Assembly (NCBI RefSeq): GCF_009914755.1
Contig: NC_060938.1
Strand: one strand, 5' to 3'
From: the human T2T-CHM13v2.0 reference genome, Homo sapiens
DNA length: 64,000 nucleotides
A program made the position numbers and the translations under genes. Position 1 is the stretch's first letter; each line of letters begins with the position of its first letter. This document shows positions 16,236 to 27,740 of this stretch, piece after piece. The notes beneath the pieces are model-generated. The model saw only the letters and a list, made by a program, of their open reading frames with translations, ran no database searches and was not told the DNA's origin.

Positions 16236-18200
16236 TTAGTGTTCTACTTGATTTTCTAAAAGAAGCTTCACTGGATAAGGTGGAGGATAGTTAAGGGAGG
16301 TTTTAGTAAGTGTCGTTTTTATGAGCCTCTGCACCAACCCACAGATGCATGGTGTGACACAACACCAGACAAGGATAAGTATACCCATTACGGCTGTGAG
16401 GGAAGTAAGAATTGAGGCTATTATTCTTTTCCATTTACCGAACCACTTTTCTAGCCATTCTGTAAAGGGGTCATTTACCCCTGAGTTGATGGCTAACTCA
16501 TTGGATAGAGCAGTCAGACCTTGCAATGCTTTTGTTATACTTCCGTTAGGGGCGGTGTTGTTTCGAACGAAGGTGCAACATTGAGTTTTAATCATGATGC
16601 AGACTCCTCTTTCTGCTAATATCATGTCTAAGGCTATCCTATTTTCCCAAGCCATCTGGCTAGTAGCCCCTAATTGCTCAGCTATTCTTTTAACAGCACC
16701 TCTAGTGTAGTTAATAAATCACTGTTGGTTGTAATAGATGTAGTTTTTCCAATTTACATTTTTATTAATTGTCACCCAACAAAATATTGACTCAAATCCT
16801 GCAGCTATTTGATTTGGGCTTTAAATTGATTTGGTATTCCCCGTGGGACTCCAGTGGCATTTAAATAGGCGTGAGAGTTGAAAGACCCATAAGGGGCTTC
16901 TCTCGCTTTATGATGTCTTATTTTCCCTTCCTCTAGTTGATGAAATGCCAGGGTAAAAAGGATAGCCAATTGGACTAAAGCACAGATGCCACTCCAGTTA
17001 TTTGGCAGAGTGTTCAGTAAAGGTCCACCACAATACCACCACACATCCACTCGGGGATGAACAAGGGCTGACTGATTGATAAGCTCTTGAAAATTCTTAA
17101 GCTCACCACACCCCTTCAGGTCTCCAAGGAATGCTAAGTTTCCTCCCTGTCATGAGAGACACAAAGTGAACTTAGTGTTGGGAGATGGAAGCTGGATGGC
17201 CCTTGGGGGCTGACCTGCTGGGTGCCGGATTTTGGGATATAGCAGAGACAGAGGATGGCATGACTTGTTACTTCAAGCTGTAGAATCCTGGAAAAGAGCT
17301 ACCATGCAGCCCACGCCCAGTCAACTGGAGGACCACCCTAGTGGAAAGGGGACAATCTGGGCCTCTGGCCTGCGGTGTGCACAAACATAACAATTGCTTT
17401 TGTTTAACGTGCAGATGGAATATTTGATCCATTCCAACCAGGCATTTGCATCTTGATATCCTGTCTTAATTGCCAAAATTTGTTTTAAGTCTTTAACTTC
17501 TATGATAGCTGTCTCGGTCTTGTCTTGGTCTTGTTGTTAAATGGAGGAGGAGCAATTGTTCCGTTGTGAGAGGTTTTGGAAGAAGGCTTAGAGAAAGGTA
17601 CAGGTGGTGGGGGATCAAAGAAATGCATTTCAAAGAATCCAATAGGGTCTGTCTCTGAAACCTCAGCCCCCATAGCATAAAACCAGCTTAAAGAAGGGAA
17701 CCAGCTTAGAAAAGGGGAAGAACTTTGAGGGTTTGAGATAATAACCTCTATAGGATTGCACTGGTTTAGCTGACAGTTGGGGGGTGGGGTGGGGGCAGGG
17801 TGTCCCTCTAGTAAAATGAATGCATGGTTTTAGGAAATTATAAAAACAGATTGGGGCAGTCCATCCTTGCTCTTTAGTGGTCCACAGAATGTTGGACCAA
17901 CTATGGCATAAAAGCTGTACATCTGGGAGCAAGACTGCTGGTTGACACTGGGGTCTTTATTAAAATCTCCCCGGATTAAATGGTCCCAATTCACTAATGC
18001 CTAGTCTGAGGAGTCAGGAGGGACAGAGTTACTTTTCTGAAGCAGAGAGCTGTCTTTGAGTTGGCAAGTCCCCACAGGGTATAACAAGGCAAGCATTAAA
18101 TGCAATAGTTTGAGGTGAAATTGACTTGGTTATATTAATAACTAGATGGTCAGCAATAGAGCGAGGAAAGAAGAAAGAGTAATAGAATAGATGAAAGAGA
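16236..18200 (-). pseudogene. env: Decayed retroviral env (gamma-type SU/TM)
   Basis: ORF 16236-16655 has an ISD-like WENRIALDMILAERG, CX6CC (CIMIKTQCC) and a TM helix; ORF 16805-17050 has WWYCG..LP.NWSG.CALVQL and a basic cleavage-like RHHKAR; broken by stops and frameshifts. Confidence 0.9.
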
Positions 18201-18284
18201 GTTAAATTTTTCTTAGCTTTAGTTTGGTAGGGTTTTCCCCTGGGACTATGGCCCACGACTCTGGAGGGGCAGCACTTTTTTGAC

Positions 18285-18395
18285 TCAACTGTGATGAGTC
18301 CATCCCCTTTTTGTTGTACGAACAGCCGTCTTGGTGTTTAGCAGCACAAGGTAGGGTCCTTCCCAGGCTGGCTCGAGTTTTCCTTCTTTCTACCA
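18285..18395 (-). pseudogene. pol: pol integrase C-terminal remnant (GPY/F motif)
   Basis: Minus-frame translation KEGKLEPAWEGPYLVLLNTKTAVRTTKRGWTHH. Confidence 0.85.
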
Positions 18396-20279
18396 TTTGA
18401 TGAGAATGTGATCCTCAGGCTGGTGCTAGTTTACCAGAAATTCTAGGGGTGCTACCTGTGCTAAAAGACTTTTAGTTTTGAGGGAAAGGAAAATGGAAGA
18501 TAAACCAAGTATATAATTTCTAAGAAATTGACCTTTTGTTTTAAATGTGGGGACATCAGCAGTGGACTTTATAGTCCTTGGTGCCTTCTTACTGAGAAAT
18601 TTCCTTTAGCACCTATTTTTATTACTTTTTAGACCAAAGAAAGCCAAACACCGTTTTATATTTGACAATGCTTCCTGTATGATTTTTATACCAGATAAGC
18701 TAAATTTCACCTTTATATTAGTGTGTTATTAATGTTAAACTTAATTGTAATAAAACCTTGTAGGCATATTTATTCAATTTTTAATGTCTGACCATAAGGT
18801 AAGATTTTTATAGTCTCTTTTTAACCTTTTATAATTTTTGTTAAAGAGCAGGTTAGTGCTTTAAGAAAAACTTTTGTGCTTTTATTTTAATGTCCAGTTC
18901 ACAGAAAAACTGGATGATACCCCTTTAACTTTGGCCAATATGTTTACACACAGAATTTCCTTTACAATTAACATTTCAAAACTTGTTTAAACCTTTAAAA
19001 CAAATTTTTTAACCTTTTAATGTAGGTAAAAATCCACATTCTTATGCCTCCTTATAATCCTTTTACCAAAGATATATTTTACTTTCCTTATACACCTTGC
19101 ACATAAACTGTTTCTTCATTAGTTTTACATTCAGGAGGCCTAATTACTTTTAAATTATACAACATTTCTTGCATAAATTCCCTGTTATAACTTTCTTTTT
19201 TCACAACTTTTACAGACAATTGTTTGACATGCCTCAACTTTTTGACTTGTTGCAAACATCCCTTTCTTTAAACAACCAGTTAATTTATTTTAGGACAAGA
19301 ACTTACCATATAACATTCCTTTTTATATAAATTATCCCCCCGACTATTTTTTCTCGAAGATGATAACCTTTCTTTTCCAAAGCGAACTTCCTTCATGTCT
19401 GTGGACTAGGCTGTCTAAGGCCACGGATTAGAAGTTAGGATAATACATGTTACACGGTTGACTTTTAGCAAACTTAACTTTTGTAAAGTAAAGTTACTTT
19501 TGTAAGTTTGGGATTTCAATTATTCTTTGCTATTAATAAGACCTTGTTCAGTCCATATGAACTTATAATTGGTATAGATGGCTCTTTCCTAATTCTGTAA
19601 GTACTTTAAGGCTTGGCTGAGTGCAACCAGCTGGCATGTTTGAGCAGACCAATTATTAGGTAATTTTCCTAACTCTGCTTCTACAAGAGTTTCCATATCA
19701 TTTACTGAATACCCATTGTGTCTTTTTCCCTCAATCACCCGGGAGGGAGGAACCATCTATTGTCTTGTTCTGAAGGGAGTTCCTCCTAGGTCTGGTTGGA
19801 CCTTTGTAAGGTAATTAAGATCCCTGTTAGGAAACCTGCAGGGTTAAGGGAATTTTCAGTGGTTAATGTTAAATCATCTTTTTCTAACAGAATAGCCTTA
19901 TACTTTAAGGTTCTTGAGTCAGTAAGCTACCTTTTTGCTTCTTTTTTTCTTTTCTTTTTTGACTTAGGATGGTTCTGACCTGATGAGGTGTGCTCACAAT
20001 GAGGTTTCCTCCAAAAGTTGTTTTTCTACTTTCTTCTGTTAGCAAAGCTGTTGCCGCTACAGATTGAATGCATTTGGGCCATCTGCGGGTTACTGGGTTA
20101 AGGATTTTTGATTAGGAAGGCTATGGGTTGTCAGTGGCCTCAGTGCTTTCGGGCTACGCCCTTGTTTACACTGACAACAAAGTGGTATTGGAGTGTTATA
20201 GGGTCATGGAGAAGACCTTCAATTATCAATTATAGGTTTTAAATTTACCCTGGCTTTTAAAGGAATAGGGTACACTGTT

Positions 20280-20500
20280 TTCTCTTTACTACTTCTATCT
20301 CTCTCTTTCTTTCTTTCTTTGACTTTCTGTCTCTCCCTCTCTCTCTTTGACTCCCTCTTTGTCTCTCTGTCTCTTCCTCTGTCTCTGCCTCTCTCTCTCT
20401 TCGACTCCGTCTTTGTCTCTCTCTCTTCTTCTCTCTCTCTTCCTCTCTCTCTCTCTGCCTCTCTTTTTCTCTCTCTCTTTTCTCTGTCCTCTCTGCTGGT
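20280..20500. repeat. CT-rich low-complexity tract inside the provirus
   Basis: (CT)n/(CTCTGT)n degenerate run. Confidence 0.9.
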
Positions 20501-20656
20501 CTTTCCCTGCCTCTGCCAGCCGCTTATGCTGCTGTTCTCCCCTCTCCTTCGCCTTCCCCTATGAGAGCAACCGGCGGGAGTGGAGCTATTCTTTCTTCCC
20601 CTGAGAAGAAAGGAAAGGGGAGTTCTGAATATTTTTCTTACTACCAGAGGTTTGTG

Positions 20657-20898
20657 TGAGGTTCAACCCCCTCCATGGGGATTTCTCACCTCTTTTTGAG
20701 GTTAAACCCCCCCCATGGGGATTTCTCACCTCTTTTTGAGGTTCAACCCCCCGCATGGGGATTTCTTACCTCTTTTTGAGGTTCACTCTCAGCATGGGGA
20801 TTTCTCACCACTTTCTGAGGTTCAACCCCTCCTCATGGGGATTTCTCACCTCTTTTTGAGATTCAGCACCCCCCAATGGGGATTTCTCACCTCTTTTT
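20657..20898. repeat. ~40-bp minisatellite, 6 units, in the proviral leader
   Basis: Unit tgaggttcaacccc(c)catggggatttctcacctctttt. Confidence 0.9.
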
Positions 20899-21309
20899 AA
20901 CCTCCAAGACATCCTGACTAAGGAGTACTTCACCGCCCCCTGCAGCTTTCTTTCCCTAGTCCCGACTAAGGAATGCTTTACTGCCCCTGCGGTTTCTCTG
21001 TCCTTGGTATGTCCTAACCAATGAATGCTTTATCGCCCCCTGGCTTTTTCCTTAGTCCTGACCACCAAAGAAATACTTTACTGGCTCCTGTGGGCTTCTC
21101 CTTCCTTGGTCTGTGCACAGAGCCATCGCGGCAGTATGTGAGGATACTTTAAGCTAGGTTGCTGGCCAGTTTCTTTCCATGTTGCTGAGAGCTCAGGTTA
21201 TTCCTCACACTGGGTAGGTCTTGATTTCTCACCCCTGAGGCTGCCACAAGGGGGTGGGGCACACCTCCTCACGAGAGAGAACCAGAGACCACCCCTGGAG
21301 GGGAATGTA

Positions 21310-21327
21310 ATCACAGGCGAGCCCCCA
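21310..21327 (-). promoter_or_regulatory. Primer binding site, tRNA-Pro
   Basis: Minus strand tgggggctcgcctgtgat vs canonical Pro PBS tgggggctcgtccgggat (15/18), 3 nt from the 5' LTR. Confidence 0.85.
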
Positions 21328-21330
21328 AAT

Positions 21331-21972
21331 TGTTATAAGTAAAGTTTTGGTGCTGCAAAACAAATAGCACTCAAGTATAAAATTTTCTTTTTAATTATCA
21401 GCAAGGCAAGTCACTTCTATAGAAGGGTGTGCCCTTACAGATGGAGCAATGGTGAGCACACACTTGGACAAGGGAGGGGAAGGGGTTCTTATCCCTGATG
21501 CACATGGCCTCTGCTGCTGTGGCATTCCCCTGTTGGCTAGGGTTAGACCACACAGGCTAAACTAATTCCAATTGGCTAATTTAAAGAGAGTGACGGGGTA
21601 AGTGGTTTGGCGGGGAAAAATGGTTATGACAGAGTAGGTAATTGGAATGAGTCAATGTGGAGCAGGTAATCGGAATGAGTCAGGGTGGAGCAGGTAATCG
21701 GAATGAGTCAGGGTGGAGCAGGTAATCGGAATGAGTCAGGGTGGAGCAGGTAATCGGAATGAGTCAGGGTGGAGCAGGTAATCGGAATGAGTCAGGGTGG
21801 AGCAGGTAATCGGAATGAGTCAGGATGGAGCAGGTAATCGGAATGAGTCGGTGGAGCAGGTAATCGAAAGACATTGCTTTATGAAGAAGTTAAGTTTAAA
21901 AGTAGAAGGCAAATAATTGAACATACTAACATATTGATTCTTTGAAAAGAAATTTAGAACTCATATCTAACA
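21331..21972 (-). mobile_element. 5' LTR (LTR10F-like), 642 bp
   Basis: Homologous to 15702-16175 plus 168 bp (6 x 28 bp) of extra VNTR. Confidence 0.88.
21630..21866. repeat. 28-bp VNTR with AP-1 sites (7 perfect TGAGTCA + 1 degenerate)
   Basis: Unit ggagcaggtaatcggaatgagtcagggt, counted directly. Confidence 0.95.
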
Positions 21973-22031
21973 AAGGGACAGAGAATATTGGGATCACTGT
22001 CACCACAGACATTATCATCATGAGGAGCATT

Positions 22032-22735
22032 TGAAACTGCCATTGTGAAAGTATGACAGTAAGAGAAATCTGACGTAGTTAACTCCATCTTGCTTCTCAC
22101 CTTTGAGTCGTCCTTGATTGTTCCTGAGCATAGGCCAAATTAACCTTGGGAGGAATTTAGTTTATAGTTTAACCTTTAAGCAAGGATGATAACAGCCCTT
22201 CCCAAAATTAAACTGCCTTTGAAAAAGCAATGAAAGGCCACGAGGTTAGGATTATGAGAGGGGTCTGCACTCTGCTAAGAGGTAGATGTAGTTTCTAATC
22301 CCTTACCATTCTGGGCTCATGTGGCCAGAGGTCACAAGGTTTGTGACCTTCCCAATTGCTCCTGTAGATAACATCACTGTTGTAGAACCTAATATGGGTG
22401 TTTTTGAGATGTTTTTCAAACTGAGTACACTTAAACTCCACTGATCCTGTGGCCCAAACCCAGAGATGGACTTGGTGCATGAAGATAGTTTTCCACACCC
22501 CTATGATTTCATCCCAACCAATCAGCAGCACCATTCCCTAGCACTCTGCCCACCAAATTGTCCATATAAACCCCTAACATCTGAGCCTTTAGGGTGACTG
22601 ATGTGAGTGATAACTCCAGTTCTCCCATGTGGGCTGGCCTTGGGTCAATTAAACTTTTTCTCTACTTAATGCCATGGTCTCAGTGAATTGATTTTGTCTG
22701 TTCAGCAGGCAGGAAGAATTTGTAGGACGATTACA
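22032..22735 (+). mobile_element. LTR8-family solo LTR (LTR8A/B-like)
   Basis: tgaaactgcc...aactccatcttgcttct...ggaggaatttagtttatag...ttaca; TSD catt/tgtt (both derivable from cgtt by CpG decay). Confidence 0.85.
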
Positions 22736-22954
22736 TGTTTATCATAAATTCACCACTGCATGATGCCACATCAAGGAAAATGGGCAGAATAATTAACCAT
22801 GAATGAAGACTGTGTAACCCATCAACATTTTCACAGAGCCCTGCAGACCTTTGTGCAAATCCTTTAACAGAACCTTGGTAGGATACTACATTGCAACAAA
22901 GACAAATTATGTGGATAAAGGGGCAGGAGAGTTGGTAATATTCTAAAAGTTAAT

Positions 22955-22956
<2 letters not shown>

Positions 22957-23000
<44 letters not shown>
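22957..23000. repeat. (TA)n microsatellite
   Basis: About 22 perfect TA units. Confidence 0.95.
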
Positions 23001-23004
<4 letters not shown>

Positions 23005-23075
23005 TTATTTCTATCTCCTTACCTTTAAGATCTTCATAAAAGGAAAGTGGGAAGCACTGCACTGTAGTTCAGTGG

Positions 23076-23880
23076 TGTGGTATAATATGAAATACAAGCA
23101 GTATCTTTGATCTTTGTCTCCAGTTCCTGACACACTTGGAATTTCCTGAGTTACAGAAATGTCTTTTGTTATTCATAGGGAGCCCCTTAGATAACGAGGA
23201 AGTTTATGCTAATAAAGTGATTTAGGGTAGGGCCCCTAGATAGCCTCAGGATAGGGCCAAATCACCAGAAAGACCAAGCGATTAGAGGATTAGAGGGTTG
23301 GAAGTTTCAGCATCAACCTCCAGGAAAGGGGGTGGGGCTGGACATTAAGTTCTAAAAACTCCCCAACAAGGATTGAGCTTCAGATAGCTGAACAAGTGGA
23401 AGTTCCTGGAGGGTGGTGCCCAGGAGAGGGCATGGAAGGCCTGCACCTCCCCCAACACCTCACCCCATGATTCTCTTCATCTGGTGTTCCTTTTTATCTT
23501 TTTAAAATATCCTTCATCAATAAACTGGCAAATGTAAGTAGTGTTTCCCCGAATTCTGTGAGCTACTCTTGCAAATTAATTGAACCTGAGGAGGGGCTAG
23601 AGGGAGCCCTGACTTATAGCTTGTCAGTCATCAGTATAGGTGACAACCTACTACTTCAGATTGGCATCTGAAGTAGGGAGCAGTCTTGTGGGATTGAGCC
23701 CTCAGTCTGTGGGATCTGACACTATCTCTAAGTAGACAGTGCCGGCTTGAGTTAGAACACACCCAGCTGGAGACACTACTGGAGAATTGCTTGGTATGTG
23801 GGGAAAAACCACAACACATTTGGTCATAAAAGTGTTCCATGAGTGTGTGAGAAGGAGAAAAATAGCTTAATTTTCCGTTT
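23076..23880 (+). mobile_element. MER21-like LTR
   Basis: 'cttggaatttcctgag...gtcttttgttattcata...gcccctagatagcctcaggat...ctgtgggatctgacactatctc...agtagacagtg'. Confidence 0.8.
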
Positions 23881-23907
23881 TAGAAGTGGTTTCTAGATAC
23901 TTTTATT

Positions 23908-24489
23908 TGTAATGCTTGTTCCTTGGTGCTGTAAAGAAATAGCACTTGAACACAAATTTAATTTCCTCAGCAATGCCATTTTTATACTTTCTGCAGAAAG
24001 GGCACACTCGCCAGCAGTTTTGCCACGAGAATGCACCAAACAAAGGAGACAGGGTCATTTATAACCTGATGGTCCACTTTACTGCTGTGTCCAGTTTCCA
24101 TTGGCTGGAATGGGACCTCACATTCTGTATTTGTCCTGATTGGCTAGCAACTTAGAACTTTTTAAAAGAGGCAAGGGCAGAGGAGAACAAAGGAAGGTGG
24201 CAGTAACTTGTGGAATGCTGAAAAAGGTAAAAACACCTTCAAATAAGAGGAACAGGCTATAACCTAATGCTTGCTTGGACTAGTGTAAGCATGCCAGGGC
24301 AAATATTTAGGCTAAATTATGGGAGCTAAGAACATAAAGTACACTGATTTCTTTATTACGGCTAGCAGATATTTAAGAATGTTAGCACAGATCTTTGAAT
24401 AAATTTTGCTTCTAAGAGAAGTTACTATTTATTCTTAATTAGATGGGGAGGAAAGTCTTTGAAGAGAAACCTCTACTTTACTTTTTATG
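23908..24489 (-). mobile_element. LTR10-family solo LTR (LTR10C-like)
   Basis: U5 end 'ggtgctgtaaagaaatagcacttgaac' is homologous to the LTR10F end in this window; reverse start taaaaagtaaagtagaggtt; two ATTGG boxes. Confidence 0.75.
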
Positions 24490-24689
24490 CTTTGTTTTTT
24501 ACGCATCGGTTATATTTAAAAACAAAAATTGGAGGGGCAATTATAATTTGCCAACTTTTAATTTCATCAGATAAGGAAATTAAAAAAGGGATTTACTAGA
24601 AACAATTGATATAATTTTATGAAGAGACAGTTTAATACCAAAGTGATAAAGTGGATATAATTCCAGAATAAACAATGGTCTTTCAAACT

Positions 24690-24910
24690 GAATAATAGTG
24701 GCTAACATTTATTGAACACATAGGCAAGATGCTGATCTAAATTATTTGAATGTACTCTTTTACTCACACAACATTATGAGATGGGTACTGTTATTGTTCC
24801 CATTTTATAGATAAGGACATTGAGGTACAAAGAGGTAATATGTTCTAAGTCATATAGTAATGTCAGAATTTGGATTTATTTCTCCAAAGTCCATGGTTTT
24901 AAAAACTATG
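24690..24910 (-). mobile_element. MIR
   Basis: 'gctaacatttattgaac...ttatgagatgggtactgttattgttcccattttatagataagg'. Confidence 0.8.
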
Positions 24911-24966
24911 CGATAATCTTTAATAAGGCCTTATACATTTAGCTTCCCTAAAAAAGTGGTTGGTTA

Positions 24967-25632
<666 letters not shown>

Positions 25633-26599
25633 GGAGTTACATAATTTATTTTTCTCATTTTGACATCAACGGGTATAAAAAAGTGGTCTCAGACCTGCAC
25701 TAGTTTGAAAATCAGGGTCTCTCCTGAAGAACGGGCAAGAGATTGGCAGTGATCTTGGAAGGCCAGAGTAAGCCTGGACCTTAGCTATGAGGGGCCTCAG
25801 ATTAAGACTCTTGATGTTATCCTCAAACATTGTTATTCATACAGACACCTAGAGACACCACCTGATTTAAAAGACAAATCATTCAACAAACTTCTGGTAT
25901 ATCATTATCAGAAATATCACCCATAGTACAGTATGACTTGTTTTTCAAAGTAAATTTTATAATTATCTTCTGAGAAATACCATTCTACTGGCATTGGAAC
26001 CACACTGTGAGGGAGAGAGTACTTCTTTCCCACTCCTGTTTCCATGGAAGGAATAGATGATCCACTCCCTTCCCCAGCAGAGAAAGGCATGGCAGGACAC
26101 ATTTTATCTTCTGCTCTCTCTCTCTTCCTTCAAGGAGATGTGATAACTTACCTGACTGGTGAAGTCACTTAGCTCAGTGCCTTTTGGGTTTGTCTTGCAG
26201 AGCCAGTCTATACCTAGAATGCCTACATTTTCTGCTCTTCTCTGTGGTCTGCCTGCTGAAGCATCTCTGCCCATAAGGAGAGGCAAATTCAATTTGGGGA
26301 GGGGTGTTGATAAGCCCCTTTGGTTTTATATCTAAAGTCACATTATCCAATGAGTTTTATCTGTTTTAAAGTTAACAATTTGATATTTATTTTTCTGTCT
26401 TCTGTGTTTTATTTCTGATTTGATTACATATTTTGGAAGGGAATAAAGTAGCTGTTATTTAAGCCCTAAACTCCAAAATGATGTGGCATCATACACTTGT
26501 GAGAGGGAGTTGGGAAGGGGCCTTAAGAGGCCATCTGAAACATGCCTAAGCTAAAGACCTTTTCAGAATAATCATCCTTATTTTTTTATTTTTTTTTTT

Positions 26600-26790
26600 A
26601 TTTTTAGCACTTACTATGTCATAGGCACTGAACCACAAGCCTTCTGCAGGAATGATCTCATTTAATTCTTACAGCAATCCTATGAGATAAGTAGTACTGA
26701 TATTACCATTTTACTAATTAGAAACTTGAAGCTTGGCGAGGTTAAATAATATGTCCAAAGTTGCAGAATGATTCAGTAGCAGAGGCTCAT
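26600..26790 (-). mobile_element. MIR
   Basis: 'gcacttactatgtcataggcact...atctcatttaattcttacagcaatcctatgagataag'. Confidence 0.8.
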
Positions 26791-26829
26791 TGAGGGGCAA
26801 ACAAGATCAATCCAATCCCATTCCTGTGT

Positions 26830-27600
26830 GAAGAAGACAGACATTAAACAATTAACCAAATAAATAATTGATGATAGCTGTAATGAGTGCTATGACAGGT
26901 GCTGAGCCAAGGCATAACTTCTGTTCTGAGGGTTCAAGGAAAGCATTGTTCCCTGACAAAATGACATTCAGTCATGGACTCCCACAGTGCTTAGGAGCTG
27001 GCAAGGCAAAGGCTTGGGTAGGATGGTTGGGATGAAAGTAAGAATGAGGAGTGAACAGTATTCTAGCTGGGAGGGTCCAAAGTGGGAAGGGGCATGGCAG
27101 ACCATGGAACTGAGAGAAGGCCAGCAGGCAGGCTGCAAAGAGGGTGAGGGAGGAGGCAGCACCAGATGAGATTGGAAAGCCAGGTTGGGGTGTCATGATA
27201 GAGGCTTTGTAGCCATGAGAAAATGTTGGGCCAGGCCAGGTGTGGTGGCTCACACCTGTAATCTCAGCACTTTGGGAAGCCTAGGCAGGAGGATTGCTTC
27301 AGGCCAGGAGTTTGAGACCAGCTTGGACAACATTATGAGACCTCATTTCTACAAAAGATAAAATTAAGAAAAAAATTAGCATGGTGACATATGCCTGTAG
27401 TCCCACCTACTTTGGTGGCTGAGTCTCCCACTTGGGTCTGGGAGATCGAGTTAGCAGTGAGCTGTGATTGTGCCTCTGCACTCCACCTGGGTGACAGATC
27501 CTATCTCAAAAAATAAGCAAACAAAACAAAGAATGTTGGGCCGTATCTTAGGAACAAAGCAATGCCATTGAAAGGTTTCATAAAGTCAGTGGCATTTGTG
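26830..27600 (-). mobile_element. L2 fragment (contains an Alu)
   Basis: 'gacagacattaaacaattaacc...gtgctatgaca...aggaaagc...gtgaacagtattctag...agatgagattggaaag'. Confidence 0.7.
27235..27530 (+). mobile_element. Alu (AluJ-type)
   Basis: Diverged dimer; TSD aatgttgggcc. Confidence 0.9.
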
Positions 27601-27700
27601 CTTATTTCTCTCTGAATGTCCTCCTGCTATTTTCTGAGCTTTGAATTCTGACTACATTAGAGAGAAATTTTCTGTTAAGATGCTAGTCTCTCTTTAACAT

Positions 27701-27703
<3 letters not shown>

Positions 27704-27737
<34 letters not shown>
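27704..27737. repeat. (TG)n microsatellite
   Basis: About 17 TG units. Confidence 0.95.

Positions 27738-27740
<3 letters not shown>

Larger units (their letters stand above)
15702..21972 (-). mobile_element. HERV-IP10F(H)-type provirus, internally deleted/defective
   Basis: Two homologous TGTTA...TAACA LTRs, 5-bp TSD caggg/aaggg, PBS and PPT correctly placed for the minus strand, env and integrase C-terminal remnants. Confidence 0.9.

Noticed and set aside
20319-20604. Leu/Ser-rich ORFs
   Set aside because: Translation of the CT microsatellite.
20657-20898. 40-bp repeat as a CRISPR array or coding repeat (ORF 20715-20900)
   Set aside because: Degenerate tandem minisatellite without spacers; the ORF is antisense to the provirus.
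21630-21866. Regular 28-bp repeat as a CRISPR-like array
   Set aside because: Head-to-tail units with no unique spacers, inside a retroviral LTR in primate DNA; no cas genes.
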